From Escherichia phage vB_EcoD-Elw, in sequence record OR621298: DNA of 64,000 nucleotides. One strand, 5' to 3'. The translations under genes and the position numbers were made by a program. Shown here one piece after another: positions 19,275 through 28,820 of this stretch (its first letter is position 1; the number at the start of each line of letters is the position of its first letter). The notes beneath the pieces are model-generated. The model was not told the DNA's origin and ran no database searches. It saw only the letters and a list, made by a program, of their open reading frames with translations.

Positions 19275-19698
19275 AGTTATTAATGGCCTCTAAGAAGTTT
19301 TTCATAGTTTTTACGGTTGCGGTGCTCAGATCAAGATTTACACCCAAACACTCGGTTAATGCTTCCTGATAGGGAGCCTTTAATCTGCCTTCCGGGACTT
19401 CTACCTTCTTATATTCTTTATTTTTGACCTTTTTAATCATAGTCTCTAGTACAAGAAGTGGTAATTTAGCACCTTCAATATCAGTACCCAAAAGTTCAGT
19501 TAAAATTTTATTAAGATCAAGACGAGTTAACTTTTTGCCTTTAGACATAGGAGCACCTACCTTTGTACCAATAGATTTTTCCGCTTTCTTTTCGAGCTTT
19601 TTGTACTCAGGAGAGTCATGATCACGGAGTGCAATGTTTAGCTCGTAATGTGGTATACGAAAATGTTCCGCCATTTGAGTATAGAAACGATCAGACAT
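19267..19698 (-). CDS. hypothetical protein
   Basis: 143-aa ORF. Confidence 0.5.
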   Translation of the reverse strand: MSDRFYTQMAEHFRIPHYELNIALRDHDSPEYKKLEKKAEKSIGTKVGAPMSKGKKLTRLDLNKILTELLGTDIEGAKLPLLVLETMIKKVKNKEYKKVEVPEGRLKAPYQEALTECLGVNLDLSTATVKTMKNFLEAINNYE

Positions 19699-19773
19699 AA
19701 TATATACCTCTCTTAACTAATTTATGTATATATTATATAATAACTAGGGCTAAAAGTCAACTACTTTTTTATC

Positions 19774-20190
19774 TTAATCTACTGCATGTATAAATCTTTT
19801 CCTAACTAGATACATAGTTATTGGGTAAATTGAGTACATAAGTATCGGGGAGAAAAGGGTGAAATACGCTGTAACTCCCCCAGCTAACATCAAAGGTATT
19901 AATGCTAGAGTAAGGGCCATAAGAATCATGCCGAATGAAACAGCCAAAGCTATGGATATAGGATTCTCTAGTTCCATCCATAACCAACAATATTTCGTAT
20001 CTCTATGGCAATTGCATTTACAAACGCCGAATGAACCCATAATTATATACTCTAGTCCGTGAATAACCTTTATTAATAAGCTATTTCGGGTAGTTAATGC
20101 AATGATAGTAAAGACTATCATTAAAACGAATACTACTAGACTTATTTTCCAGATACCTAGCAGCATCATAGTGAATAGTTCTGCAAACAT
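19774..20190 (-). CDS. multi-pass membrane protein
   Basis: 138-aa ORF, 3-4 hydrophobic segments, adjacent to lysis genes. Confidence 0.45.
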   Translation of the reverse strand: MFAELFTMMLLGIWKISLVVFVLMIVFTIIALTTRNSLLIKVIHGLEYIIMGSFGVCKCNCHRDTKYCWLWMELENPISIALAVSFGMILMALTLALIPLMLAGGVTAYFTLFSPILMYSIYPITMYLVRKRFIHAVD

Positions 20191-20253
20191 GGCTTTCTCC
20201 TATCTTCAAAAATTATTAAAGCCCCCTTTGCCTAAAAAGGCGGGAGTATTCCC

Positions 20254-20278
20254 GCCTAAGTTATTAATTAAACTAGTT
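20254..20278 (-). terminator. rho-independent terminator
   Basis: stem GGCGGGA/TCCCGCC followed by UUUUU in minus sense at the endolysin 3' end. Confidence 0.55.
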
Positions 20279-20681
20279 CGACATGACCGCCATCATAGGT
20301 ACCACGTTTTATTTCATCGTGATAGTCTCCCGAAGCATTCCAATCAGCACCAAAACGAAGCTTAATGCCTAGTTCTTTACCAGCTTGTTCAAAAGCCTTT
20401 TTAACTGCCCAAAATGCTTCTAAGTCATTCCAATCAATTTTGCCATTAATGTATGGAGCAAAATCAAGAGCATCCCCAGTAATATGCTTACTTTTACTAG
20501 GATCCTTTAAAAATGAAGTACCATTAGCAATATTCTGGGCACTTTGTGCTACTGTACGAATACCTTGTACGATCGTAAAATCATATGGAGATAATTCTAA
20601 AGCTCTACGAGCTACTTTTTGTAGCTCTGGCTTAACGGTAGCTAATTGTTTTTCGCTATTTTTACCAAATTTAAAACTCAT
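20268..20681 (-). CDS. lys: endolysin, L-alanyl-D-glutamate peptidase type (M15-like)
   Basis: 137-aa ORF; size, C-terminal GDYHDEIKRGTYDGGHVEL and position next to holin-like gene match T5 endolysin. Confidence 0.65.
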   Translation of the reverse strand: MSFKFGKNSEKQLATVKPELQKVARRALELSPYDFTIVQGIRTVAQSAQNIANGTSFLKDPSKSKHITGDALDFAPYINGKIDWNDLEAFWAVKKAFEQAGKELGIKLRFGADWNASGDYHDEIKRGTYDGGHVELV

Positions 20682-21334
20682 ATTGATCTACCTAAAGATC
20701 TCTGTTGTGGGGAACAGAGCTTTGTTAAATACTCGTTAAATTTCTCAGAATCGGCTGCATCTACAGGATTATCTTTCCAAGCAATACCAATATATCCAGC
20801 ATAGATATTGTTTAGATTGAAATACGGACAAGTGTATATGTAATTAAAAGTAACGTTCTTAAACGCAGGTATATTTAACCCCATGTATTTATTTACTTTT
20901 ACACTTAAATCCGATGCGTAGTTAAAGCCTTCCAAGTGACGTCTATATAGCTCAGACGTTTTATTTACCGCTTTATCGGCCAAGTCAGCCCTATCTAATT
21001 GCGCATTGCTTTCCCATGCAATAATGTTAGAATAATCATTAATGGCATCGGGTTTATACTTGACGACAAAAACAGCATCCGCACCCGTTTGAGAAAAGAG
21101 TACCATGCTCTTTTCTCTAGCTACATTAGGAAAGTTATCTATCCTTTGAGTTTGAACATCCTGTAGAACCGCAGACGTGGAGAAAGTCTTTAAGAATGAC
21201 ATCACCTCGCTAGTATTACTAACAAATAAGAAAATAATGACAGCAACTAAGATAGTTAGCAGACGTTTAAGAAGCGATGCTGGATCTTTCGCTTCTTGGA
21301 GCAGTACCGTTAATAATTGTAAGAACTTTTCCAA
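20678..21334 (-). CDS. holin-like membrane protein
   Basis: 218-aa ORF with N-terminal TM, directly upstream of and overlapping the endolysin gene. Confidence 0.5.
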   Translation of the reverse strand: MEKFLQLLTVLLQEAKDPASLLKRLLTILVAVIIFLFVSNTSEVMSFLKTFSTSAVLQDVQTQRIDNFPNVAREKSMVLFSQTGADAVFVVKYKPDAINDYSNIIAWESNAQLDRADLADKAVNKTSELYRRHLEGFNYASDLSVKVNKYMGLNIPAFKNVTFNYIYTCPYFNLNNIYAGYIGIAWKDNPVDAADSEKFNEYLTKLCSPQQRSLGRSI

Positions 21335-21489
21335 TTGTAACCTCCTCTAACCAGTACCATTATACTAATTTTGGAGGAAAATTTCAATGGGTTTTTAAAT
21401 GTTACACTTGGAGCACAAAATTATGTCGTTGTCAAGAAGAATTTTAGATAAAAGAAAAGCCAGGGTACTTAACCCTGGCTTAAAATTAC

Positions 21490-22086
21490 TTACTCTTCGT
21501 TGTGCTCTTCTGATTGAGGTAACTGGGCTTTATTATATTGCTCAGATCGATATTTTGCCAAGATTTCAATACGCTTACGGATTTCCTTGCTATCTAGATA
21601 GATATTTTTGTTGTCTTTTACCATCTCGTCGATTTCATCTATTGAGAAGAACGGATAGTAGACATCTAGCATCATATCTTCTACAAACTTGTTGTAAGAT
21701 TCATAGGCTTTCTTGATTTCTTGACCTTTCTCACAGAACCCGCCAGAGAACGTGTGTCCCATTAGCGTAGCATGTGGATGTACTACCCATCCATGACAGG
21801 ATAGGAAAATTGTGCAGTAAGCAGAAGCACTAGGACCAATCAGGTGTCCTATAACTGTTCCACGGCAATTAGCAATTAAGTTAGATAACTGTGCAGCAGT
21901 ATCAACATAACCACCCGGACCATTAATCATCAGATTAATTTCGTCGTCCTCATTTGCCTGCATAAGTACCATTGATAAATCACGGTATTCATCCGGCGGG
22001 CCTAATTCTTCATCAAAGAAGAAGGTATACTCGTTAGATTGGCGAATGGAGTGAAACAGATTAGTCTTTTCTTTTTTATTAGCCAT
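21490..22086 (-). CDS. ClpP-like serine protease
   Basis: 198-aa ORF; GPGGYVDTAAQLSNLI segment typical of ClpP/S14 family. Confidence 0.55.
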   Translation of the reverse strand: MANKKEKTNLFHSIRQSNEYTFFFDEELGPPDEYRDLSMVLMQANEDDEINLMINGPGGYVDTAAQLSNLIANCRGTVIGHLIGPSASAYCTIFLSCHGWVVHPHATLMGHTFSGGFCEKGQEIKKAYESYNKFVEDMMLDVYYPFFSIDEIDEMVKDNKNIYLDSKEIRKRIEILAKYRSEQYNKAQLPQSEEHNEE

Positions 22087-22098
22087 AGCGATCCTTGA

Positions 22099-22851
22099 TT
22101 ATCCAACTAGTGGTTCTAGCTCTAAGTCACAGAAGTTATAAACTTCTAGTTTAAGGTTATTGATACCATCGAATTTATTAACTAATTCGTGAGTAATATA
22201 TTTTGCAGGAATACCACTTTCAGATGGATGATCTGATTTAATAGTGAACTTCTGCTCAGCGGGTACTACATTTACTATCAAAGAATCCATATCTAAATGG
22301 TTTGTTTCTCTGAGTAACTCTCCTTCATTGGGGAATCTAACATCTGTTATTACGGCGACATCTGGGTCGTCTTTAGCGATGGATTGCTCCAGAATTATGA
22401 GCCAAATGCGTTCATGCACCAGCTGCCTTCCTAGCTCTGTCCCTACGAGCTGTAACATTTTTCTCGGAGAAATAAATAAACTATAAAGTCCGTCTTCTTT
22501 ATTCTCTGAGATAAGTTGTTGAGGATTAAGATATTTTTCCTCAAAAATAGGCCAAACGTACGAGAAGTCTTCAAACTTATCGATACCGTACTTAAACCAC
22601 ACATCTCTGGCTCGCTCCAGTTGAGATTGTGTGACCGTAAACCATTGGTCAATCTCTTTTCCCCTGCGCTCTCCTAAAAACTCTGGAGTTACACCGAGGA
22701 TTACGGATGCAAGTTCATAAACGGGCTTAGCAAAACTATAACGACGGGATAAACACGTTGGATACGTGTCATTACACCAATCGATAATTAATTTTGCAAC
22801 GGTATCTTTTCCCGAACCAGCTTCACCATGTAAACCGACTAATACTGACAT
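22099..22851 (-). CDS. dnk: deoxynucleoside monophosphate kinase
   Basis: 250-aa ORF; P-loop GEAGSGKDT near N-terminus. Confidence 0.6.
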   Translation of the reverse strand: MSVLVGLHGEAGSGKDTVAKLIIDWCNDTYPTCLSRRYSFAKPVYELASVILGVTPEFLGERRGKEIDQWFTVTQSQLERARDVWFKYGIDKFEDFSYVWPIFEEKYLNPQQLISENKEDGLYSLFISPRKMLQLVGTELGRQLVHERIWLIILEQSIAKDDPDVAVITDVRFPNEGELLRETNHLDMDSLIVNVVPAEQKFTIKSDHPSESGIPAKYITHELVNKFDGINNLKLEVYNFCDLELEPLVG

Positions 22852-23204
22852 TAATCTTTCCTATTGTTAATTGGTGGATAGTAAACTAAGCAACGTTTTT
22901 CTTGTAAATCTTGGCGATAGAAGCAAACCATACCAGTCAGTCGTGAAATGTAAGAGTAAACTGCTTCCTCACATTTTGCTTTTGCATTCCAATCTTTATA
23001 CGGTACAACAACTACTACGCCATCTTCTCCATTTGTAGCTAATTTCTTTTCAAACTTAAAGTCAAAGCTACAAGGTTGAAGTCCTTTAGGCCAGTCTACA
23101 TGAGCTTGCTTTAACTCATGAGATGGCTCTGGTTTTATTTCTTCTGCACAGCCTGTGATTGTGATTGTGGCTGCGAGCAGTACTCCAAGTTTCCAGTTAA
23201 ACAC
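22851..23204 (-). CDS. lipoprotein (possible outer-membrane spanin component)
   Basis: 117-aa ORF; signal peptide with lipobox ITGC; overlaps upstream gene in another frame. Confidence 0.4.
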   Translation of the reverse strand: MFNWKLGVLLAATITITGCAEEIKPEPSHELKQAHVDWPKGLQPCSFDFKFEKKLATNGEDGVVVVVPYKDWNAKAKCEEAVYSYISRLTGMVCFYRQDLQEKRCLVYYPPINNRKD

Positions 23205-23584
23205 GCTAATCTTTCCTCGAACTCTTTATTCTGCTTTTTAGCAATTAATGTTACCAATCCAGGCTTTGCAGCGATAACATCTTGGCGACTAAGAGCTTTA
23301 TCTAGCTGCTTAATCTTTTTGTCTAGATCTGCTTGAGATACATTATTCAGTGTAAAATATTGATTCATGCGTGTCTCACGACGTTCACTCTCAACTTTTA
23401 CATTATTCAAGGAAGTTTCTAGAGAAGAGATCTTTTTAGTAGCTACCGCAAGATCACCCGCTAAAGTCTCCACTTTATCTACTAAGTGATAAGCACCGAA
23501 CCCGATGCCTATTGCTAGACCTGCTCCCAGGATACACCACTTACCGTGCCATATTCCTGAAAGAAGTTTTTGTATCAAATCCAT
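23135..23584 (-). CDS. membrane-anchored coiled-coil protein (possible inner-membrane spanin component)
   Basis: 149-aa ORF; N-terminal TM then long coiled-coil; overlaps downstream lipoprotein gene by ~70 nt. Confidence 0.4.
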   Translation of the reverse strand: MDLIQKLLSGIWHGKWCILGAGLAIGIGFGAYHLVDKVETLAGDLAVATKKISSLETSLNNVKVESERRETRMNQYFTLNNVSQADLDKKIKQLDKALSRQDVIAAKPGLVTLIAKKQNKEFEERLACLTGNLEYCSQPQSQSQAVQKK

Positions 23585-24239
23585 GCGCTGCTAACCTGTC
23601 TTTATCTGATACTTTAATCATATCAGGCTCACCAGTTCCTAGTACACCGAAGATATACTGTTCGAGAACTTGGTGTAAACGGTATAAGTTACTTTCAATT
23701 TCCTGCCACGGAATACCGGACTGATGGAAACGAATGTTAGTCTGAATTACGAAGTTACGAACATCATCGTTATCGTTCTTTTTAATACCTTTCACATATG
23801 CAATTGGTACACGCAGTTCGGATAAGATACGTTCTGCTTTAGGTTTTGCTTCAGCGAGCAGATCACGCATTGTTTCACGAACATCTCCACGACTCTTATC
23901 CATTAAGTAAGAGCGAGCATGTAATCCCATCTCTTCCATTTTATCAAACATAGTGTCGAGATTAAACGTTTTGAAGCTAAATGCTGGATGCCAGCAGTAC
24001 AGCTCGTGTAACCAGTAAACTTCACCTGCAACAAACAGTGGGTTTACAAAGTATTCGAAGTCGCCACGGAAAGATAGTGAACCATCCCGAAATACTTGGC
24101 GAGTATGCACAATGTTCTTTTCTGCATCATCAGTTACCTTAACCAGTAGCTCTTCAGTTTTACGCTCCCAAACACGATCGGGGTCGAACAAACTGTTCTG
24201 CAAATCATACACATCGGCGAACTTAGAAATAATCCTCAT
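23541..24239 (-). CDS. hypothetical protein
   Basis: 232-aa ORF; RBS AGAGGA. Confidence 0.55.
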   Translation of the reverse strand: MRIISKFADVYDLQNSLFDPDRVWERKTEELLVKVTDDAEKNIVHTRQVFRDGSLSFRGDFEYFVNPLFVAGEVYWLHELYCWHPAFSFKTFNLDTMFDKMEEMGLHARSYLMDKSRGDVRETMRDLLAEAKPKAERILSELRVPIAYVKGIKKNDNDDVRNFVIQTNIRFHQSGIPWQEIESNLYRLHQVLEQYIFGVLGTGEPDMIKVSDKDRLAAHGFDTKTSFRNMAR

Positions 24240-24270
24240 ATTTAATCCTCTTGCCTCAATCTATAAACAT

Positions 24271-24299
24271 ATTATACAAAAGTTTGGGCATCTAAGCAA
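24271..24299 (-). promoter_or_regulatory. T5-type early promoter
   Basis: -10 TATAAT, -35 TTGCTT, 17-bp spacer. Confidence 0.55.
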
Positions 24300-24309
24300 C
24301 TAAAATTTT

Positions 24310-24349
24310 ATTATAAAAATAGCCCAGTCGCAAAAGTGCGTGCTGGGCT
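24310..24349 (-). terminator. rho-independent terminator
   Basis: stem AGCCCAG/CTGGGCT with AT-rich run in minus sense. Confidence 0.5.
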
Positions 24350-24393
24350 TTGTCATTATTTGCTTTTGCTAGTAAGTTGACTTAGTGTCAATC

Positions 24394-24774
24394 TTATGTA
24401 ATATTAGTTTCTCTAGCTTTGCGTAGTACCCCTGCATTTCTCCATAACTTAATATCGTCTACTGTTTCTTTATAAGGAGCTATGGTAAAACCTAGTGGGC
24501 CAGCACTAAATAACCCTAAGAATCCTATTGCACGCATATAGAACAAGCATTCTTCGCCTGTCATTTCTTCAACTGCTTTTCTTTGTTTTTCGTTTTCAAA
24601 CTCGTGCTCCTTGTTGTCTATACGAAGGTGTTTAATGAACCATTCAGCAGAATATTCATCTAAGTGTCTAAGTATAGCTACTGCATACCCAGCGCCAATT
24701 AAAAACCAAGTGGTAACAAGAATTAGTATTATAGTCATATAATCTCCAGTTAAGGTCAGCGACCAACTCACCAC
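24394..24774 (-). CDS. membrane protein
   Basis: 126-aa ORF with TM segments. Confidence 0.45.
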   Translation of the reverse strand: MVSWSLTLTGDYMTIILILVTTWFLIGAGYAVAILRHLDEYSAEWFIKHLRIDNKEHEFENEKQRKAVEEMTGEECLFYMRAIGFLGLFSAGPLGFTIAPYKETVDDIKLWRNAGVLRKARETNIT

Positions 24775-24848
24775 TTACCGCACTAAGGGGCACGACTCCC
24801 TTATCCGTAACAGTTGCAGGTGACGCAACTCGGTCCTACGCGAGTTCT

Positions 24849-25133
24849 TTAGGTATTCTGCATTTCAGCTTTAAATTTTTTCATATTACGAGTCTTTCTA
24901 TAAAAGAAAAACACAGATGTTGGGCCTAGAAGAATATCCACAATAAATATCATAGATCTAGCACATCTGAGTAATGTTTTATCATCAAGAGGAGGCAGAT
25001 CTAACGGTCGAGTTTTATGTATAACGTATAATATTACATCTTTATTCTTAGAAATATACAGATCATCAACCAAGCTGTAAATAGCTACTATAGATCCAAT
25101 GACGAACCAAAGAGCAAATGGAGAGATAATCAT
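24849..25133 (-). CDS. membrane protein
   Basis: 94-aa ORF. Confidence 0.45.
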   Translation of the reverse strand: MIISPFALWFVIGSIVAIYSLVDDLYISKNKDVILYVIHKTRPLDLPPLDDKTLLRCARSMIFIVDILLGPTSVFFFYRKTRNMKKFKAEMQNT

Positions 25134-25426
25134 TTCAGATCCTTTTCATTAATTAGAATATTAGTAAACAGTGGAATAACCCCTAGACTCATAGCAGGTC
25201 CAAACGTATTCATAGCTACCCACAGCTGCATAGTGATCATCCCATCTTTAATCTCTGGATCTTTATATTCTTCGATACGTTTTTTGGCAAAGGCAACTAC
25301 ATCTGGATTATTTTTATTTTCCTGAATATAGTCATGCCAAAACTGGGTATTCTCACTACGTAGGAATGTTAAAACATCCTTAGTTGCTGGAATCTGCACC
25401 GTGCTGTTGATGTTTAGCTTTTTCAC
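25130..25426 (-). CDS. hypothetical protein
   Basis: 98-aa ORF. Confidence 0.45.
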   Translation of the reverse strand: MKKLNINSTVQIPATKDVLTFLRSENTQFWHDYIQENKNNPDVVAFAKKRIEEYKDPEIKDGMITMQLWVAMNTFGPAMSLGVIPLFTNILINEKDLK

Positions 25427-25823
25427 GTTCTTCTCTCCTACGTTTGCATTCTTTCATCATATGAGCTGCTACAACTTCATGGTAGTAGTCATTAATGTTA
25501 CCTTCTGGCAAGAAATGCTTAATAGTCTCTAGCTGACAAATAACTCGATGAAGATGGTTATTTGGTAGACACAATTTTATACCTGCAACAAATCCAGAGA
25601 AGCCTGGAACACTGAACATGGGTTGGGCTTCCACTCTACCTTCAGAGTTGATATTAAGATCAATTGAGATACCCATTTTCATGCTATAAAGCTGGCAATA
25701 TTCTCCATTACCAGATCTTGACCAAACAGTGAAATCCTCATCAATTTGATCTTGGATTTCTGTAATTGCAAATTTAATTCTAGGGTCTAAATTATTCATC
25801 TTCACCTTCAAAGTCGCAATCAT
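25380..25823 (-). CDS. hypothetical protein
   Basis: 147-aa ORF. Confidence 0.45.
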   Translation of the reverse strand: MIATLKVKMNNLDPRIKFAITEIQDQIDEDFTVWSRSGNGEYCQLYSMKMGISIDLNINSEGRVEAQPMFSVPGFSGFVAGIKLCLPNNHLHRVICQLETIKHFLPEGNINDYYHEVVAAHMMKECKRRREEREKAKHQQHGADSSN

Positions 25824-26157
25824 AACGACAAGTAAAAGAACTGGAGCTATTAGTACGTTGAGTGGTTATTTCACCGCGTTTGCTAATAGTAACGGCTGGA
25901 GTAGAGAAGTTTTTATTAGTATATATTTCTACTTTACCATTACGTTCCTTAACATCACGAACTTTACCATACTCGGTAATAATGCCGTTCTGTTGGACTT
26001 TAACATTACCATTTTTCATAGAAACTTTGGTAGATGCCAGAGAACCGAAACTAACTGTGGAGATCATCAGTGCAATAATAAACTTATTCATCTTCATCCT
26101 CCCCACTACAATCACGACATACATCATAATCGTTGAAAGAACGTTCGTGAGCTTCAC
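25792..26157 (-). CDS. secreted/periplasmic protein (signal peptide)
   Basis: 121-aa ORF; N-terminal hydrophobic signal-like segment. Confidence 0.45.
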   Translation of the reverse strand: MKLTNVLSTIMMYVVIVVGRMKMNKFIIALMISTVSFGSLASTKVSMKNGNVKVQQNGIITEYGKVRDVKERNGKVEIYTNKNFSTPAVTISKRGEITTQRTNSSSSFTCRYDCDFEGEDE

Positions 26158-26365
26158 ACCACCAAGAACAAGAATCGCAGAGAAACATTTCGGTTTTCTC
26201 TAGTGCTTGACCTAAAAGATCATCAGCTTCCTCAGCAGTAATCTTCAATCCGCACACATCTGCCACACGTTCTTTAATTAAACGACCTGCTTCGTGATAA
26301 GACATACAGGTTCCCACAACATCATGTTCAAGAACATGAACAGCACAGTCTAGACGAGTTTTCAT
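26084..26365 (-). CDS. Cys-rich acidic protein
   Basis: 93-aa ORF; CDSCSWWC and CRDC clusters; RBS GAGAGG. Confidence 0.45.
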   Translation of the reverse strand: MKTRLDCAVHVLEHDVVGTCMSYHEAGRLIKERVADVCGLKITAEEADDLLGQALEKTEMFLCDSCSWWCEAHERSFNDYDVCRDCSGEDEDE

Positions 26366-26395
26366 TTCAAACCTCTCTCATCAATTTATAAATAT

Positions 26396-26424
26396 ATTAT
26401 AGCAAGAAAAGAGAGGTTTAGCAA
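26396..26424 (-). promoter_or_regulatory. T5-type early promoter
   Basis: -35 TTGCTA, 17 bp, -10 TATAAT, then ATAAATTGATGAGAGAGG leader. Confidence 0.6.
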
Positions 26425-26441
26425 ATGAATTATTTCAGAAT

Positions 26442-26789
26442 TTAGTCATAGCACCACCATAATCCACGCTTACGCATGTCATGATCGCGATTATAATCAT
26501 AATTTTCTGGATCTTTCATCACGCGGTGGAGTTCTTGACGATTCCCTTGACGAACCATTTTATTAGAATGCCACTTAACATTCTTACTAATAGAATTCCA
26601 GTTATAACCATCCTTTTTCTCATTACGAATGGTTGCTTCCTTCATTTCCTGTTCTACATCATCCCAGGATTTAGCATAAATAACACGAATCCAGTAGCCA
26701 TTTTCTTTGATGAAAGAATATTCTTGAGAGAATTGTTCTTTAGACTTCCACCACTGATCACCAGATTGTTTACGATAAGTACGGCTCAT
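26442..26789 (-). CDS. hypothetical protein
   Basis: 115-aa ORF; RBS GGAGG. Confidence 0.5.
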   Translation of the reverse strand: MSRTYRKQSGDQWWKSKEQFSQEYSFIKENGYWIRVIYAKSWDDVEQEMKEATIRNEKKDGYNWNSISKNVKWHSNKMVRQGNRQELHRVMKDPENYDYNRDHDMRKRGLWWCYD

Positions 26790-26910
26790 ATTACCTCCAT
26801 TAAGTCTTTTAAATTAACCTAATGTGGATGAATTTTGTTATACATATATTATGTACCTTTATACAGAAAAACCCCAGACTACTTATTCAATAGCTGGGGT
26901 TTGTTATTAA

Positions 26911-27225
26911 TTACAGATCGGGGCGTTCATCTTCGAAACAGCCTGAGCTAATTCCTTCTCCGAATCCTACAAAGCCATCAAATTCATCATTTGAGATGCC
27001 CATAATCATTGCTTCCATTTTCCTAACCTCCGAAATTTTCATGCCTGCTTTACTATTCTTATAATATTTGCGAGGGTTCCCGCACATCCAACAAGAACAG
27101 ATGCAAGGAGTAGTAGTGATAATACCTAACCGCTTAGGGCTTTCTTCATGTGGGAAGACTGTCCAATACTTCTTGCGGTTGTTCTTCACACGTTGCCGGT
27201 GATGGCGTCTTAATGCTCGATCCAC
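26911..27225 (-). CDS. Cys-rich basic protein
   Basis: 104-aa ORF with CICSCWMCG cluster. Confidence 0.45.
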   Translation of the reverse strand: MDRALRRHHRQRVKNNRKKYWTVFPHEESPKRLGIITTTPCICSCWMCGNPRKYYKNSKAGMKISEVRKMEAMIMGISNDEFDGFVGFGEGISSGCFEDERPDL

Positions 27226-27306
27226 ACATTTCTCCTAAAACTTGGGAGATAAACGGAGTTTGCTCGACTACCTTGCGTAGCTGGGAGAAATCGTATCCAA
27301 ACCCCA

Positions 27307-27675
27307 TTACATCGCCTGAGTAAATGTACGACTAATAACGTCGTTCTGTTGTTCACGAGTCAGTGCATTAAATCGAACAGCGTAGCCAGAGACACGGATG
27401 GTCAACTGAGGATATTTTTCAGGATGTTTCTGCGCATCCAAAAGCTGATCACGGCTTAACACATTGACATTTAGGTGCTGACCACCTTCGATTTGAGGGG
27501 CGACTTCCACCTTAACTTCACGGAAGGCTTCGGGATCGAATTGTGGTGTGATACCTTCTAGATCTTCAACTAGAACTTTCTGTTTAAGTTCACCATTGTC
27601 GGAGTATAGCTGAATAATCTGGTTTTCATGAACAAGGTTAATTACGCCAGACTTAAGATTTTGATATGCTTTCAT
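27307..27675 (-). CDS. grcA: GrcA/YfiD-like autonomous glycyl-radical cofactor
   Basis: 122-aa ORF; C-terminal [11 protein letters not shown]...[36 protein letters not shown] matches the glycyl-radical domain of E. coli GrcA as I recall it. Confidence 0.75.
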   Translation of the reverse strand: MKAYQNLKSGVINLVHENQIIQLYSDNGELKQKVLVEDLEGITPQFDPEAFREVKVEVAPQIEGGQHLNVNVLSRDQLLDAQKHPEKYPQLTIRVSGYAVRFNALTREQQNDVISRTFTQAM

Positions 27676-27717
27676 TAGATCTCCCTGATGTTAGAATTTG
27701 GCTCAGCTCTTTATTGT

Positions 27718-27912
27718 CTATAGTTTACCACGATATACAGAAACTGTCTTACCAGTTTGGTTCATAACGTATGCTACTTCATCTTCTTTTAAGAAGATTG
27801 CTTGATCTATTCCAGAAATAGCTATGCTTTTATTTCTGGGATTAAACCCTACGCTTTTACCAACATGAATCTGCTCACCACCATCAGTGGACATTATTTT
27901 AACTGTTAACAT
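27718..27912 (-). CDS. hypothetical protein
   Basis: 64-aa ORF. Confidence 0.4.
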   Translation of the reverse strand: MLTVKIMSTDGGEQIHVGKSVGFNPRNKSIAISGIDQAIFLKEDEVAYVMNQTGKTVSVYRGKL

Positions 27913-27949
27913 AATTGCTCCTATATTTAGCTATCTCTAGCTCTTTTAA

Positions 27950-28025
27950 TGGTAGTTAGTAGTGGATTTGAACCACTGTAGTCGCTCCGTATGAAGGAGG
28001 TGCATAACCACTCTGCCAACTAACT
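27950..28025 (-). tRNA. tRNA anticodon CAT (Met or Ile-lysidine)
   Basis: Hand fold: 7-bp acceptor AGTTAGT/ACTAACT, T-loop TTCAAAT, anticodon loop TTCATAC, encoded CCA. Confidence 0.55.
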
Positions 28026-28121
28026 GTTATGTTTTACTAGACTAAGTAAGTATTCTTTATACTCTTTAGACCAATTAGCTTTTTTAAACTTTCCTGGACG
28101 CATAGTCTTAATTCCTAGATT

Positions 28122-28198
28122 TGGTACTCCGGGAGGGATTTAAACCCCCGATCTCTCGGTTATCAGCCGAGTGCTTTAGATCGCTAAGCTACCGAAGT
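28122..28198 (-). tRNA. tRNA-Ile (GAT)
   Basis: Hand fold: anticodon arm CTCGG-CTGATAA-CCGAG, acceptor with one G-U, encoded CCA. Confidence 0.6.
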
Positions 28199-28213
28199 AT
28201 TAGAATATTTACA

Positions 28214-28504
28214 TCATACACTGTCTAAGTAAGAAGTATAATGGAATTTAGCTTCTCCAGTCTTATCTACTTCTACCTCAGTTCGTGGTACTTGACGAAC
28301 CACACCATGAATCATCTTATAGCGAATGCCTTTAGCTGGTTCATGATCTTTTGGGAATACTTGTTTAACCGTTACTACTTTATATCCTTCACGCGGTGTT
28401 AACACTACTACTTGATCACCTTCTTTGATTTTCCAAGAAGATGGAAATTCATAGGTATATCTTTGACCACCAGTTTGGAATACTACAGAAAGATAACGTT
28501 TCAT
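28214..28504 (-). CDS. hypothetical protein
   Basis: 96-aa ORF; RBS GAGAGGGAAA. Confidence 0.45.
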   Translation of the reverse strand: MKRYLSVVFQTGGQRYTYEFPSSWKIKEGDQVVVLTPREGYKVVTVKQVFPKDHEPAKGIRYKMIHGVVRQVPRTEVEVDKTGEAKFHYTSYLDSV

Positions 28505-28578
28505 TTGGTTTCCCTCTCATTAATTTATATAGATAGTATAACAAGAAATAAGAGAGAAGGCAAATGAATTTTTAAATT

Positions 28579-28653
28579 TGGTGCTCCCACCAGGAATCGA
28601 ACCCGGTTCAGATGCTTACAAGGCAACTGCATCGCCAGCAATGCTTTAGGAGC
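28579..28653 (-). tRNA. tRNA-Thr (TGT)
   Basis: Hand fold: anticodon loop CTTGTAA, T-loop TTCGATT, CCA encoded. Confidence 0.55.
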
Positions 28654-28820
28654 GATGATCCCGTTATTTCAACGGGATTTCTTTTTCAATAACAGGAGAC
28701 TTATCAGTCATAACTGTCATTGCCATTTGTTGTAGAAATTCAAAGGTGAAGGCTACACGTTCTTCACCAATCTCTACTTCTACACGTTTCTTTTGTTTAT
28801 CGATCTTGACTTTTAGGTTG

